From positions 4,855 to 68,854 of the forward strand of contig DASYZR010000166.1 in assembly GCA_035945995.1 (NCBI GenBank): a stretch of 64,000 bases of DNA, in the 5' to 3' direction. This document shows positions 30,284 through 39,982 of this stretch, piece by piece. This DNA comes from a bacterium (GTDB lineage Bacteria > Sysuimicrobiota > Sysuimicrobiia > Sysuimicrobiales > Segetimicrobiaceae). The notes under the pieces are model-generated. The model searched no databases, had not been told where the DNA came from, and saw nothing but the letters and a program-made list of their open reading frames with translations. Numbering within the stretch: the stretch's first letter is position 1; each line of letters opens with the position of its first letter. The position numbers and the translations under genes were made by a program.

Positions 30284-31066
30284 TTAATGGGATGCGCCGG
30301 CTTCGTGCGTGGCGGCGCCGGCGAGATCGGATAACCCCTTGCCCAAGAGAAACAATCCGCCCATGATTTGGTTAATGGTAACGGGCGAACTTGACGGAAA
30401 GGAGATGCCCATGACCCCCATCGCCAGAATGATTTCCGAGTAGCCAACGAATGACTGACCGACATTCCAAAGTGAGATGGAGCCGCAGCACGGGTCCAAC
30501 GCATTTCCGCCGCCTTGGGCGAAAAGGTCCACCGGCTTGTCGCAACTGTAGCAGCCAGCGCCACCCTGGTATGACGGGTCTGGGTCCAGTTCCAGCGGAC
30601 CCGTGTTGAAGTTGCCCACCTGAGCCAACTCTTCCTCGGCTACGACATGCAGCCCCGAGCCATTGAGGAACGCGACGATGGATCGGGTGCAGTCCGCGCC
30701 GCGTGCGAGGATGAGGCGGTGACCGAGGAAGATGAGATACCGTCGATACATCTTCGCGGCATAAGCCGTGATCGCCGGCCGAGCGTCGGATGACATGAGG
30801 AAGGCGTTTTCGTTTGGTGCGATGCCGCGCTGCTTCGCGTAGTGCTGCGTCGCCTTATTAAGCGCGAGTAGCGCAACCGCGTTCCGCAGCGTCGTTTTCT
30901 CATCGGGACTGATGCAGCCGGCGCGTCCCTTGGCTGCCTCGAAGTCCGACTGGGCCTGTGCGGGCGTAATCGTGAGAATCGCCGCAGAACCTGCCTGCGC
31001 CAAGGGAACCGTCACTGCGACCGCCACGAGCACTATCCCAACGAGTAATTTCCGGGCCATACGCAT
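30284..31066 (-). CDS. secreted hypothetical protein (Sec signal peptide; Cys- and Gly-rich C-terminal region)
   Basis: Signal peptide MRMARKLLVGIVLVAVAVTVPLAQA|GS. AGGGGGAGG ribosome-binding site upstream. Lower-GC coding sequence with real-protein composition. No recognisable domain. Confidence 0.6.
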   Translation of the reverse strand: MRMARKLLVGIVLVAVAVTVPLAQAGSAAILTITPAQAQSDFEAAKGRAGCISPDEKTTLRNAVALLALNKATQHYAKQRGIAPNENAFLMSSDARPAITAYAAKMYRRYLIFLGHRLILARGADCTRSIVAFLNGSGLHVVAEEELAQVGNFNTGPLELDPDPSYQGGAGCYSCDKPVDLFAQGGGNALDPCCGSISLWNVGQSFVGYSEIILAMGVMGISFPSSSPVTINQIMGGLFLLGKGLSDLAGAATHEAGASH

Positions 31067-31231
31067 CCTCCCCCTCTTTCCGGCGAGGGCCGGGAATGAT
31101 AGCGGCCCGATGATACGGACAGTCTGCCGGGGAGGCAGTCAAGGTGGAGACACATAGACCGTCGCGTGCGAGACAAGAGCACGATGCAAATCGAACGTTA
31201 CGACGCCGGGCGCCGGAACGGGTTGGGAACC

Positions 31232-31864
31232 TCATAAGGCTGCCGGGGAAAGAATTTTGATGGCGCCTCCCCGCAACTCGACGACGCCGGCGCGCCGGAG
31301 TGCCATGAGCGCTGAGTTCACGCGCTGGCGGCTCGCCCCGGCGAGCGCCGCCAGGTCGCCCTGCGTCAGGTGCAGGGACGCCGGTCGCCCGTCGGCGAGC
31401 TCGCGTTCCGCCAGCGTCTGCAACGTGCGTCTGACGCGCACGGCGAGGCCTTCCAGCGCCAACGTCTCGGCGTGACCGGCAAGAAAGCGCACGCGATCGC
31501 TGAGATAATTCATGATCGCGAGCGCGACGGCGGGGTCGGCGCGCAGGGCACGTTGAACCTCGCCGACCGGCAGGCCCTGCACCGTGGATTCCACCGTCGC
31601 GCGGCACGAGGACTCGCACGGCCCTCCGCGGATCGCGTTCTCCAGTCCGACCAGGCCGCCCGGCCCCACCCAATCCGTGGCGATGTACGATCCGTCCTCG
31701 CGTTCCGACACGAGAATAAGGCCTCCGGCCTGCACGCGAAAGACATAGCTGCTGGGATCACCGTCGCGCGTCAGGAATTCGCCCTTGCGGAGGGCGCGTC
31801 TTCGCAGGCGCGAAGCGCAGTTCGGCCCGAACAACATCGCGGCAACGGCAGTCGAGTTGGTCAT
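31232..31864 (-). CDS. Crp/Fnr family transcriptional regulator
   Basis: N-terminal cNMP-binding domain and a C-terminal helix-turn-helix (TQGDLAALAGASRQRVNSALMALRRAGVV). Confidence 0.85.
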   Translation of the reverse strand: MTNSTAVAAMLFGPNCASRLRRRALRKGEFLTRDGDPSSYVFRVQAGGLILVSEREDGSYIATDWVGPGGLVGLENAIRGGPCESSCRATVESTVQGLPVGEVQRALRADPAVALAIMNYLSDRVRFLAGHAETLALEGLAVRVRRTLQTLAERELADGRPASLHLTQGDLAALAGASRQRVNSALMALRRAGVVELRGGAIKILSPAAL

Positions 31865-31991
31865 CGTCGCGCCAGGCCGGCCCCGACCGCATCCCTGTGA
31901 GACGTGACTGCTCGGGTATCGTTTGCGAACGAGCGGGGGTGGATTCCTTCAGACGATTACTAGTAGCGGGGCTTGCGATCGTCCGCCGGAT

Positions 31992-34115
31992 TTAGCCCGT
32001 GGCGTCCGCCACCCCGGCGTGGGTCGTCTGCTCCCAGGGTGTCCCGGCGGGGAGCGCGAGCTCCCAGCGGAGCACCAGCATCGCCCCCTGGTGATTCCGC
32101 TCGAGCCCGGCCTCCGAATTCGAGATCGTGAAGACGGGGAGGCTCCAGACGTCCGCGGGCCGCTCGAGGGCGAACGCAAGCCTGAGGCCGGAGTACGTCT
32201 CGCCGGCGTGCACGCCGGTGGTCGGGGGGAGATCCGCCGGCTCCCACAACGAGACGCGCGTCCCGTCCGCTGCGGCCCACACCTGCTCCGGTCCCCCGAA
32301 CAGCCCGAGGCTCCACTGTTCCGCGAGCACGGCGCGCAGGACGCCCGGCCCATCCCACATGAGACGCACGGCGTGGGTGAGCCCCCGGCGGCGTATGTCC
32401 ACCTCGATCCGGCGCCCGAGGGTCACCTGCCCCTCGCCAACCGGCGCGCGCCGTGTCAGCGCGGCCGCGGCGCCCGTCCCGGTCTCCTCGAGACGCCACG
32501 CGTACCGGCCGGAGCCGAATCCGCCCAGATCCTCCGCGGTGTCGCGCCACGCTTCGTCGCGCAACACCTCCGCCGGCCAGAGCCACGTTCGCATGGTCGC
32601 CCGGCGCACGCGATCGTACATGAGCAGCCGTTCGAGGCCCGGTTCCTTGGCGTGGTCGCCCGCCGCGTGAATCGAGACGGCTCCCTCGATCGGAGGCGCC
32701 TCGTGGCGCACGCGCGCATGGTAGGCTTCCGCCCGCCTCGTCAGCACGTTGCCGAGATGACGCCGCGCGGTCCGATCGTCCCACTCCACGACGCTGCCGC
32801 CCCGCGCCGGGTCCACCGTGCACACGTCCAGCTGGGTGGCCAGGTACAGTTCGGGCTGCCCGTCCCCGTTGAGGTCTTCGGCCGACGTCTCGGCGTACGG
32901 TTCCGGGTGCCGGATGAGGTCCGCGTCCGCTTCCGCGGCAATGAGGCGCTCAAACGCCGCGCTCCGAATGTGCGGCAGATAGATGCCGCCGAAGACGCCG
33001 TGCCAGTAGGTGCAGTTGCACTCGCCGCTCCAGAGCTCATCGAGCGCCCGCTCCCGGTCCGGCCCGGGCGGCATCGCGTGGACCTTGCGTCCGGCGCGGA
33101 GCGCCAGGTGGTGCAGCGTGTTGGCCTCCGGATATCGCACGAGGAAGTGCCGCCAGAATCCGCCGCGCACCAGCGACGCGAGGTCCTCGCGGCCCCCGGT
33201 TTCGAGGTCGTGCCGGAAGGTCGCCCGCGCCTCGGCGCGCTGCGGCGGGAGCGCCCATTCCGCCATCTCGTCGTACGTGGCCGTCGGCAGGTAGATCGCG
33301 CCGGCCGGGTCGTGGGTGCGCCGGTAGTCGCCCGGAGGCACCACGTCGATCCACGGCGTCGCCTCCAGCGTGTCGAAGAACCGATCCACCCACCCGCGCT
33401 CCCAGCAGTGCGCGTACGTGGTCGGCCACATCCCGAACTTCTCCCCGTCGTCGCCCATCAACGCGAGATCGAGCGGCGCGTCGCGGCCCTCCGGCCGGAC
33501 CTCCGTCTCCGCGAGCGTGCGGAGGTAGGCCACGACGTCCTCCGGCGACACCCACGGAATGAGATACCGCAGGCGCCGGAGGCTCGGGAACAGCGCGAGC
33601 GAGACGCCCTCCTCTTCGGTCACGTAATAGCCGAGCAGTTGTCGGTCTTCGAGCCCGACGGCGTGGAAGTGCGAGTCATCGACGATGGTGTACTTCACGC
33701 CGGCCTCGCCGAGCGGGCGCGCCAGATGCGGCTCCCAGACGCGCTCGGCCAGCCATAGCCCGTCCGCGGAGTACCCGAACCCGTCCCTGATCGCGCGCGT
33801 CATCTTCACGATCTGGCCGCGCTTGTCCGCGTCGGGCACGATCGGGAGGATCGCCTCGTAGTAGGCGCCGGTGAGCATCTCGATCTGTCCGCGCGCCACG
33901 AGCGCCCGCAGCCGCGCGATGAGCTCGGGGCGGTGCGCGCGCAGCCAGTCGAGCAGCGGGCCGGAATAATGCAGCGCGAGGCGGATGCCGGGGTGGCGCT
34001 CGAGCGAGGCGATCATCGGCGCGTACGATCGCTCGGTCGCCTCCGCGAAGACGTGGTCGAAGTTGCCGACCGGCTGGTGGTTGTGCAGCGCCAGGGCGAG
34101 TGCGAGCCGATGCAT
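31992..34115 (-). CDS. glycoside hydrolase family 57 protein (4-alpha-glucanotransferase / alpha-amylase type)
   Basis: Canonical GH57 motifs LALHNHQP, GQIEMLTGAYYEAILP and LMGDDGEKFGMWP. 707 aa. Confidence 0.9.
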   Translation of the reverse strand: MHRLALALALHNHQPVGNFDHVFAEATERSYAPMIASLERHPGIRLALHYSGPLLDWLRAHRPELIARLRALVARGQIEMLTGAYYEAILPIVPDADKRGQIVKMTRAIRDGFGYSADGLWLAERVWEPHLARPLGEAGVKYTIVDDSHFHAVGLEDRQLLGYYVTEEEGVSLALFPSLRRLRYLIPWVSPEDVVAYLRTLAETEVRPEGRDAPLDLALMGDDGEKFGMWPTTYAHCWERGWVDRFFDTLEATPWIDVVPPGDYRRTHDPAGAIYLPTATYDEMAEWALPPQRAEARATFRHDLETGGREDLASLVRGGFWRHFLVRYPEANTLHHLALRAGRKVHAMPPGPDRERALDELWSGECNCTYWHGVFGGIYLPHIRSAAFERLIAAEADADLIRHPEPYAETSAEDLNGDGQPELYLATQLDVCTVDPARGGSVVEWDDRTARRHLGNVLTRRAEAYHARVRHEAPPIEGAVSIHAAGDHAKEPGLERLLMYDRVRRATMRTWLWPAEVLRDEAWRDTAEDLGGFGSGRYAWRLEETGTGAAAALTRRAPVGEGQVTLGRRIEVDIRRRGLTHAVRLMWDGPGVLRAVLAEQWSLGLFGGPEQVWAAADGTRVSLWEPADLPPTTGVHAGETYSGLRLAFALERPADVWSLPVFTISNSEAGLERNHQGAMLVLRWELALPAGTPWEQTTHAGVADATG

Positions 34116-34138
34116 GGCCGTGCCCTACCTCACGCGCC

Positions 34139-35740
34139 TCACGCGTCGTCCTCGCCGGCGGCGGCTTCGTCCCCTCGCGGCGACCGACCGGCGGCCGCCG
34201 TCTCGGACGCATGGTCGGCCACGCTGCCGGAGGGCATGTACAGCACGACGGCCGCGAGCCCCAGCGCGACGAACCCCAGTCCCAGCACGAAGGCGCCGTG
34301 GATCCCTTGGGCCAGCGCCTGCCGGAGCACTTCGTGTCCCGCCGGACCCAGCCGCGCCTGCGATCCCGCATCGAGCATCGCCTGCGGGTCGCCGATCGTG
34401 GGCAGGCCGAGCCGCACGCGCGCCGGCAGGTGCGCCAGCCGCGCGTCGAGGATGCCGACCAGCACCGCGCCCTGCGCGCTCACGCCGATCGCGCTGCCGA
34501 GATTGCGCGTAAAGATGTTGATCGACGTGACGATGCCCCGCAGCGGGCGCGCGACCGCGTTCTGCATCGCGATGATGAACATCGTCGCCGTGAGCCCCAT
34601 GCCGCTGCCCAGCACGATCATGTCGGCAAAGACGACGGTGGCCGTCGCGTGGACGTCCAGGCGCGTCAGGAGCAGCGACCCGGCGGCCAGCAGGGTCATC
34701 CCGCCCGTGGTCACCGGCCGGTAGCCCCACAGGAGCGCGAGGCGGCCGCCCACGATGCTCGACACGGTCCACATCACCATGTAGGGCATCAGCGCTTCCC
34801 CGGCGGTCGTGGCGCTCTTGCCGGTCACGGCCTGGACGAACAGCGGCACGTACGCCGTGGTCCCAAAAATACTTATGCCCAGCAGGAACCCGCCGAGGCA
34901 CGCCACGGCGATGATCCGGTTGCGGAACAGGCTGAACGGCAGGAACGGCTCTTCGGCGCGCATCTCTACGCGCGCGAAGAGCAGCAGGAGCGCCACGCAG
35001 AGGACGGCCAGCCCGGCCGCCTGCACGGAGAGCCACGCGAACTCGTGGCCGCCCCAAAACATCAGCAGCAGCAGGACGATCGAGGCGGCGGAGAGCAGGC
35101 TGATGCCGGCGTAGTCGATCGACGCGCGGGCGGCGGTCCTGGACTCGTGGAACGCCAGCGTGAGGATCAGCGTCGCGACGAGACCGGCCGGCACGTTGAT
35201 GAAGAAGATCCACCGCCACGCCCCGTGGTCGGCGAGAGCGCCGCCGACCAGGGGCCCGACGACGGCGGCGAGGCCCCACACCCCGCTGAACATGCCCTGG
35301 ATGCGCAGCCGCTGTTCGAGCGGGAAGAGGTCGGCGATGATCGTGAGCGCGATCGGGAGGACCGCGCCGCCGCCGATGCCCTGCAGCAGCCGGAAGAACA
35401 CGAGCTGCCCCATCGATTGCGAGAGCCCGCAGAGCGCCGAGGCCCCGATGAAGCCGAGGATGCCGATCAGGTACACGCGCTTGCGGCCGTGGATGTCCGC
35501 GAGGCGGCCGAAGATCGGCGTCGTCACCACAAAGGCGATCTGGTAGGCCGCGAAGACCCACGAGTAGAGGGCCAGGCCGCCGAATGCGCCGACGATCGTC
35601 GGCAGGGCCGTCCCCACGGCCGTGGCGTCCATCGCCGCGAGGAACATGCCGAGCATCGCCGCGACCGTGACGACGGCCCGGCGGCTCGGCGCGGGCGATC
35701 CGGCCTCGTCGCGGCCGCGGCCGGCGGTTACGACAGCCAT
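34139..35740 (-). CDS. MFS transporter (DHA2-like, 14 TM)
   Basis: Lower 533 aa of the run-on ORF 34139..36994. Has MFS motifs (GRLADIHGRKRV, LQGIGGGAVLP). Start MAVVTAG overlaps the glcE stop by 13 nt. Confidence 0.85.
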   Translation of the reverse strand: MAVVTAGRGRDEAGSPAPSRRAVVTVAAMLGMFLAAMDATAVGTALPTIVGAFGGLALYSWVFAAYQIAFVVTTPIFGRLADIHGRKRVYLIGILGFIGASALCGLSQSMGQLVFFRLLQGIGGGAVLPIALTIIADLFPLEQRLRIQGMFSGVWGLAAVVGPLVGGALADHGAWRWIFFINVPAGLVATLILTLAFHESRTAARASIDYAGISLLSAASIVLLLLMFWGGHEFAWLSVQAAGLAVLCVALLLLFARVEMRAEEPFLPFSLFRNRIIAVACLGGFLLGISIFGTTAYVPLFVQAVTGKSATTAGEALMPYMVMWTVSSIVGGRLALLWGYRPVTTGGMTLLAAGSLLLTRLDVHATATVVFADMIVLGSGMGLTATMFIIAMQNAVARPLRGIVTSINIFTRNLGSAIGVSAQGAVLVGILDARLAHLPARVRLGLPTIGDPQAMLDAGSQARLGPAGHEVLRQALAQGIHGAFVLGLGFVALGLAAVVLYMPSGSVADHASETAAAGRSPRGDEAAAGEDDA

Positions 35741-37104
35741 CCCAACCGTCCCGGGACCATGATGCTCCGCGGATCGTATTGCGCCCGCAGGCGGCGCATC
35801 AGGTCGACGGCGGGCGGCGCGGCTCCCCACACCGGCAGGCGCGGCTTGAGCGCGGGCGGCGCGACTTCGACGACGGCGTAGCCCTCGGGCGCGTCCGGTA
35901 CTTGGCCGTCGGCGGCCCGCCCGAGGGATTCGGCCAGCGCCGTCGCCCGGTCCGGCCCGGCCGCCACGTAGGTGAGTCCGATACCGGCGTGCGCCAGCAC
36001 CGCGGCGGGCGGATCCCCGGGGACCGCGTGGGCCGCGCCGGCGACGTCGATCCATCGCGTGATCGGCGTACCGACGCGGAAGACGACGCCGCCCGGATGC
36101 GTGGCGGGCGACGGAAATCCTGCCACGGCCCGCCACAGCGCCTCGTGCGCCGCGCCGGAGTGCACCTCGAGGACGGCGTCCGGCCCCCCGGCGGCCGCGG
36201 TCAGCGCGCGCATCTCCTCGACGTGGCGCCGGCGGCTCTCTTCGAGGCCTTCGGCCAGGAGCAGCACCCCCCATCGCCCGGCCCGCGCCTCGATCCCCGC
36301 GGCCCGCCCCAGCATGACGAGGGTTTCCGGGCTCGCGGCCTCGAGCGCGGAGGGGAGCAGGTACGACCGCATCACCGCGGTGGTGAGCGCGTGCGCCGCC
36401 GCGGCGCTCGGCAGGGTGACGAGGACCGTTACGCCGTCGCCGGGCAGCGGCAGGATCTTGAACGTCACGTCGGTGATGACCCCGCACGAGCCGAGCGAGC
36501 CGATGAACAACTTGCCGAGGTCGTACCCGGCGACGTTCTTCACGACCTTCCCGCCGGCCTTGATCACCTCGCCCGTGGGCAGCGCGACGCGGATGCCGAT
36601 GACGAGATCGCGGATCGCGCCCCACAAGAGGCGGCGGGGACCGTTGCGGTTCGCCGCGACGAGGCCGCCGATCGTGGCCGCCTCCGCGCCGGGCGGATCG
36701 AGCGGGAGCCACTGCCCGTTCGCCGCGAGGGCCCGCTGCACGTCGCGGAACGGCGTGCCGGCGCGGACCGCGACGACGTAGTCGGCCGGCGTGTAATCCG
36801 TGATCCCGGTGAGGCGCGTCGTCTCGATGACGAGGTCGGCGCGCTCGGGTGGATTGCCGAGATGCTGGTGCGCCCCGCCGCCGCGCGGGATCACGCCCGC
36901 GTTGGTGTCCGCGGCTGCGGTCAGGAGGGCGGCGACCTGCTCGGGATCCGCGGGCGCCGCCCCCAGCGCGGGGCGTACGCCGTCGATCTGCCATCCGTCA
37001 AGGCGGCCCGGGTCTGTGGTGACGTGGGCGTCCCCGACGATGCCGCGGACGCGCGCGGCCAGGGCGCCGCCGACCGCGTCTTGGGTGTGAGACACGCCGG
37101 TCAC
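35728..37104 (-). CDS. glcE: FAD-binding oxidoreductase, glycolate oxidase subunit GlcE-like
   Basis: FAD-binding PCMH domain (GVIPRGGGAHQHLG). GTG start overlaps the glcF stop as GTGA. Confidence 0.8.
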   Translation of the reverse strand: MTGVSHTQDAVGGALAARVRGIVGDAHVTTDPGRLDGWQIDGVRPALGAAPADPEQVAALLTAAADTNAGVIPRGGGAHQHLGNPPERADLVIETTRLTGITDYTPADYVVAVRAGTPFRDVQRALAANGQWLPLDPPGAEAATIGGLVAANRNGPRRLLWGAIRDLVIGIRVALPTGEVIKAGGKVVKNVAGYDLGKLFIGSLGSCGVITDVTFKILPLPGDGVTVLVTLPSAAAAHALTTAVMRSYLLPSALEAASPETLVMLGRAAGIEARAGRWGVLLLAEGLEESRRRHVEEMRALTAAAGGPDAVLEVHSGAAHEALWRAVAGFPSPATHPGGVVFRVGTPITRWIDVAGAAHAVPGDPPAAVLAHAGIGLTYVAAGPDRATALAESLGRAADGQVPDAPEGYAVVEVAPPALKPRLPVWGAAPPAVDLMRRLRAQYDPRSIMVPGRLGWLS

Positions 37105-38468
37105 GCCGGGCCGGGCGGCCCCGGGGCGCGCTCCGGATCGCCGGCGGCGTACGCCCGGTCGAGCAGGTCCACGACGTGGCAGGCTTCCATCGGCAGGCCC
37201 CGGGCGCGGATGCCGGCCGCGAGCTGCAGGAGGCATCCGGGGTTCGGGGCGACGAGGAGATCGGCGCCGGTCCGGGCGACGGCGCGCATCTTCTCCTCGA
37301 GAATCTGCCGCGAGTAGCCGGGCTGCACTACGTTGTAGATGCCGGCGCTGCCGCAGCAGCGGTCGGCCCCCTCCATCTCGACCAGCTCGAGCCCGGGGAT
37401 GCGGCGCAGCAGATCGCGCGGCTCGCGGCGGATGCGCTGGCCGTGGGCGAGGTGGCAGGGGTCCTGATAGGTGGCGCGCGCCCGGATCTCACCGAGGGAG
37501 CCGGTGAGGCCCAGGTCGGCGAGGAACTCCGTCGCGTCCCGGCACAGCCGGCTGTACGCGTCCGCCCGCGCCATGTACGCCGGGTCGTCGTCGCGGAACA
37601 GCACCGGATATTCCTTGCTCGCGACCCCGCAGCCCGCCGCGTTGATGACCACGGCGTCGACGCCCGCGCGCAGGAACACCTCGATGTTCCGGCGGGCCAT
37701 CTGCTGCGCGGCCGTGCGTTCGCCGTTGTGGATGTTGAGGGCGCCGCAGCAGGTCTGCTCCCGCGGGACGACGACCTCGCACCCGTTCCGCCGCAGCACG
37801 CGCACGGTGGCCTCGTTCGCCCCCGGAAAGAGGACGCTCATCGCGCAGCCGCTCAAGAAGCCCACGCGCGCGCGCCGCGGCCCGATCGCGGGGAAGACTT
37901 CCTGCGCCGGCGCAAACGGGGCATCCGGGACTTCCGGCAGCAGGGCTTCCATTTCTCCGAGCCGCTTCGGCATGAGGTGCAGCCGGCGGAGCGCGCGGCC
38001 GAGCCCGCTCCGCTGGTAGAGACGGAGCAGCCCCGCCGCGGCGCGCAGCCGCCGGGGGTGCGGCATCAGGTGCCGCAGCGCCGCGAGCGTTACGCGGCGG
38101 GCCAGCGGCGAGCCGGTGGGGCCGATCTCCGCGCGCGCCGCTTCGATGATCGTGCCGAAGTGGACGCCGGCGGGGCAGGCGGTCTCGCAGGCGCGGCAGC
38201 CGAGGCAGACGTACATGTGCTCCTCGAGCCGCGCATCGATCGGAATGCGTCCCTGCGCCGCGGCCTCGATCAGATGGATCCGGCCGCGCGGCGACTCGGT
38301 CTCCACGCCCAGCATCCGGTACGTCGGGCACGCCGGCAGGCAGAACCCGCACTGAATGCACTTGTCGAGCTCCGGGATCAGCAGCCGCGGGATCGGCTGG
38401 GCGGCCGCCCGGCCGTGCGGGCCGCCGTCACGCGGCGCGGTCCTGCCTGCGCGGGCGGGGGACGCCAT
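37101..38468 (-). CDS. glcF: (Fe-S)-binding protein, glycolate oxidase iron-sulfur subunit GlcF-like
   Basis: Two 4Fe-4S ferredoxin Cys clusters (CIQCGFCLPACP, CLGCRACETACP) and CCG domains (CCGSAG). The listed ORF extends spuriously upstream; the ATG at 38468 lies 6 nt after the glcD stop. Confidence 0.85.
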   Translation of the reverse strand: MASPARAGRTAPRDGGPHGRAAAQPIPRLLIPELDKCIQCGFCLPACPTYRMLGVETESPRGRIHLIEAAAQGRIPIDARLEEHMYVCLGCRACETACPAGVHFGTIIEAARAEIGPTGSPLARRVTLAALRHLMPHPRRLRAAAGLLRLYQRSGLGRALRRLHLMPKRLGEMEALLPEVPDAPFAPAQEVFPAIGPRRARVGFLSGCAMSVLFPGANEATVRVLRRNGCEVVVPREQTCCGALNIHNGERTAAQQMARRNIEVFLRAGVDAVVINAAGCGVASKEYPVLFRDDDPAYMARADAYSRLCRDATEFLADLGLTGSLGEIRARATYQDPCHLAHGQRIRREPRDLLRRIPGLELVEMEGADRCCGSAGIYNVVQPGYSRQILEEKMRAVARTGADLLVAPNPGCLLQLAAGIRARGLPMEACHVVDLLDRAYAAGDPERAPGPPGPA

Positions 38469-38473
38469 CGCGC

Positions 38474-39946
38474 TCAGATCCACAACCCCGACGCCGCAAG
38501 GCGCGGCGGGCGGCGGGTGAGGAGTTCCCCACAGGAGACGGGGGTCGGGAACACCTTGAAGGGGTTCATGCAGTCCTCCGGGTCGAACGCCGTCTTCAGC
38601 CGCCGCTGCGCGCCGAGGTCGGCCTCGGTGAAGATCCACGGCATGTAGTTGTTCTTTTCGAAGCCGATGCCGTGCTCTCCGCTCAAGGTCCCGCCCGCCG
38701 CCACGCACGCGGTGAGCATCTCCTCGCTGGCCCGCATCACCCGCTCGGTTTCCCCGGGGGCCGCCGCGTCGTAGGGGATGAGCGGGTGCAGGTTGCCGTC
38801 GCCGGCGTGAAACACGTTGGCGACCCGGATGCCGTGGCGCCGCGCGATCTCGACGATCTGATGCATGATCGCCGGCAGTTGGCTCCGGGGGACGACGGCG
38901 TCGTGGAGGAAGTAGTTGGGGGCCAGGCGCCCCATCGCCCCGAACGCGCCCTTGCGGGCCGCCCAATACAGAAGCCGTTCCTGGTCGGTCCGCGCCGTGC
39001 GGACCTCACGGGCGCGATTCGCGCGGCACAGGTCCTCGACGGTGCGGGTGCACCGTTCGAGGCCTTCCCGGACGCCCTCCACTTCGATCAGCAAGACCGC
39101 GCCCGCGTCGAGGGGGAGCCCCGCGTGCACCGCGGGCTCGACGGCCTGCGCCGTGAGCTGGTCGATCATCTCGAGCGAGGTGGGCCCGATACCCGAGGCG
39201 ATGATGTCCGCCACGGCCTGGCTGGCGTCCTCGATCGTCTCGAAGATGCCGAGCATCGTCCGGACCGTCTCGCGGCGCCGCAGCAGCCGGACGGTCGCGG
39301 CCGTCACGATGCCGATCGTGCCCTCCGACCCGACGGCGAGGCCGGTGAGATCGAGCCCCGGCTCGTCCGGCCCACGGCCGCCCAGCCGCGCGACCGAGCC
39401 GTCCGCCAGCACCATCTCGAGCCCGAGCACGTGGTTGGTCGTCACGCCGAAGGCGAGCGTGTGCACGCCGCCGCTGTTGTTGGCCACGTTGCCGCCAATG
39501 CTGCACGCGGACTGGCTGCTCGGGTCGGGCGCGTAGAAGTACCCGTCGCCCTCGACCGCGCGCGTGACGTCGAGGTTGATCACGCCCGGCTGCACGACCG
39601 CGGTCCGGTTCTCGAGGTCGACGGCGAGGATCCGGCGCATCTTGCTCATCGCGACGACGATGCCGCCGATCGGCGTGATCGCCCCGCCGGACAGCCCGGT
39701 GCCCGAGCCGCGGGCCACGAGGGGGACGCCGAACCGGCCGGCCGCGCGCACGAGGGCGGCCACGTCGTCCGTCGACTCGGGGAACACGACGAGGTCCGGC
39801 AGGGCGGCCAGGACCGACCCGTCGTACTCGTAGGCCAACAGGTCGACCGGCTGCGCGAAGACCCGCTCCCGGCCCAGCGCGTCGACGAGGGCGCCGATGA
39901 GGGCGTCGCGGTCGGCAATACGGCAGCGCAACTCGGCGAGGCTCAC
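38474..39946 (-). CDS. glcD: FAD-linked oxidase, glycolate oxidase subunit GlcD
   Basis: FAD-binding domain (GSGTGLSGGA) and a C-terminal oxidase domain. 490 aa. Confidence 0.9.
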   Translation of the reverse strand: MSLAELRCRIADRDALIGALVDALGRERVFAQPVDLLAYEYDGSVLAALPDLVVFPESTDDVAALVRAAGRFGVPLVARGSGTGLSGGAITPIGGIVVAMSKMRRILAVDLENRTAVVQPGVINLDVTRAVEGDGYFYAPDPSSQSACSIGGNVANNSGGVHTLAFGVTTNHVLGLEMVLADGSVARLGGRGPDEPGLDLTGLAVGSEGTIGIVTAATVRLLRRRETVRTMLGIFETIEDASQAVADIIASGIGPTSLEMIDQLTAQAVEPAVHAGLPLDAGAVLLIEVEGVREGLERCTRTVEDLCRANRAREVRTARTDQERLLYWAARKGAFGAMGRLAPNYFLHDAVVPRSQLPAIMHQIVEIARRHGIRVANVFHAGDGNLHPLIPYDAAAPGETERVMRASEEMLTACVAAGGTLSGEHGIGFEKNNYMPWIFTEADLGAQRRLKTAFDPEDCMNPFKVFPTPVSCGELLTRRPPRLAASGLWI

Positions 39947-39982
39947 GGTCCACTCAGTATAACAAACGCGGGCGCGCGGAGG

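Noticed and set aside
31923-33758. 611-aa plus-strand ORF opposite the canonical GH57 gene
   Set aside because: Antisense artifact.
34100-35881. 593-aa plus-strand ORF opposite the MFS transporter, and the upstream extension of minus ORF 34139..36994 beyond 35740
   Set aside because: The plus ORF is compositionally artifactual. The minus ORF extension (Arg/Gly-rich) overlaps glcE in another frame. The MFS gene starts at MAVVTAG (35740).
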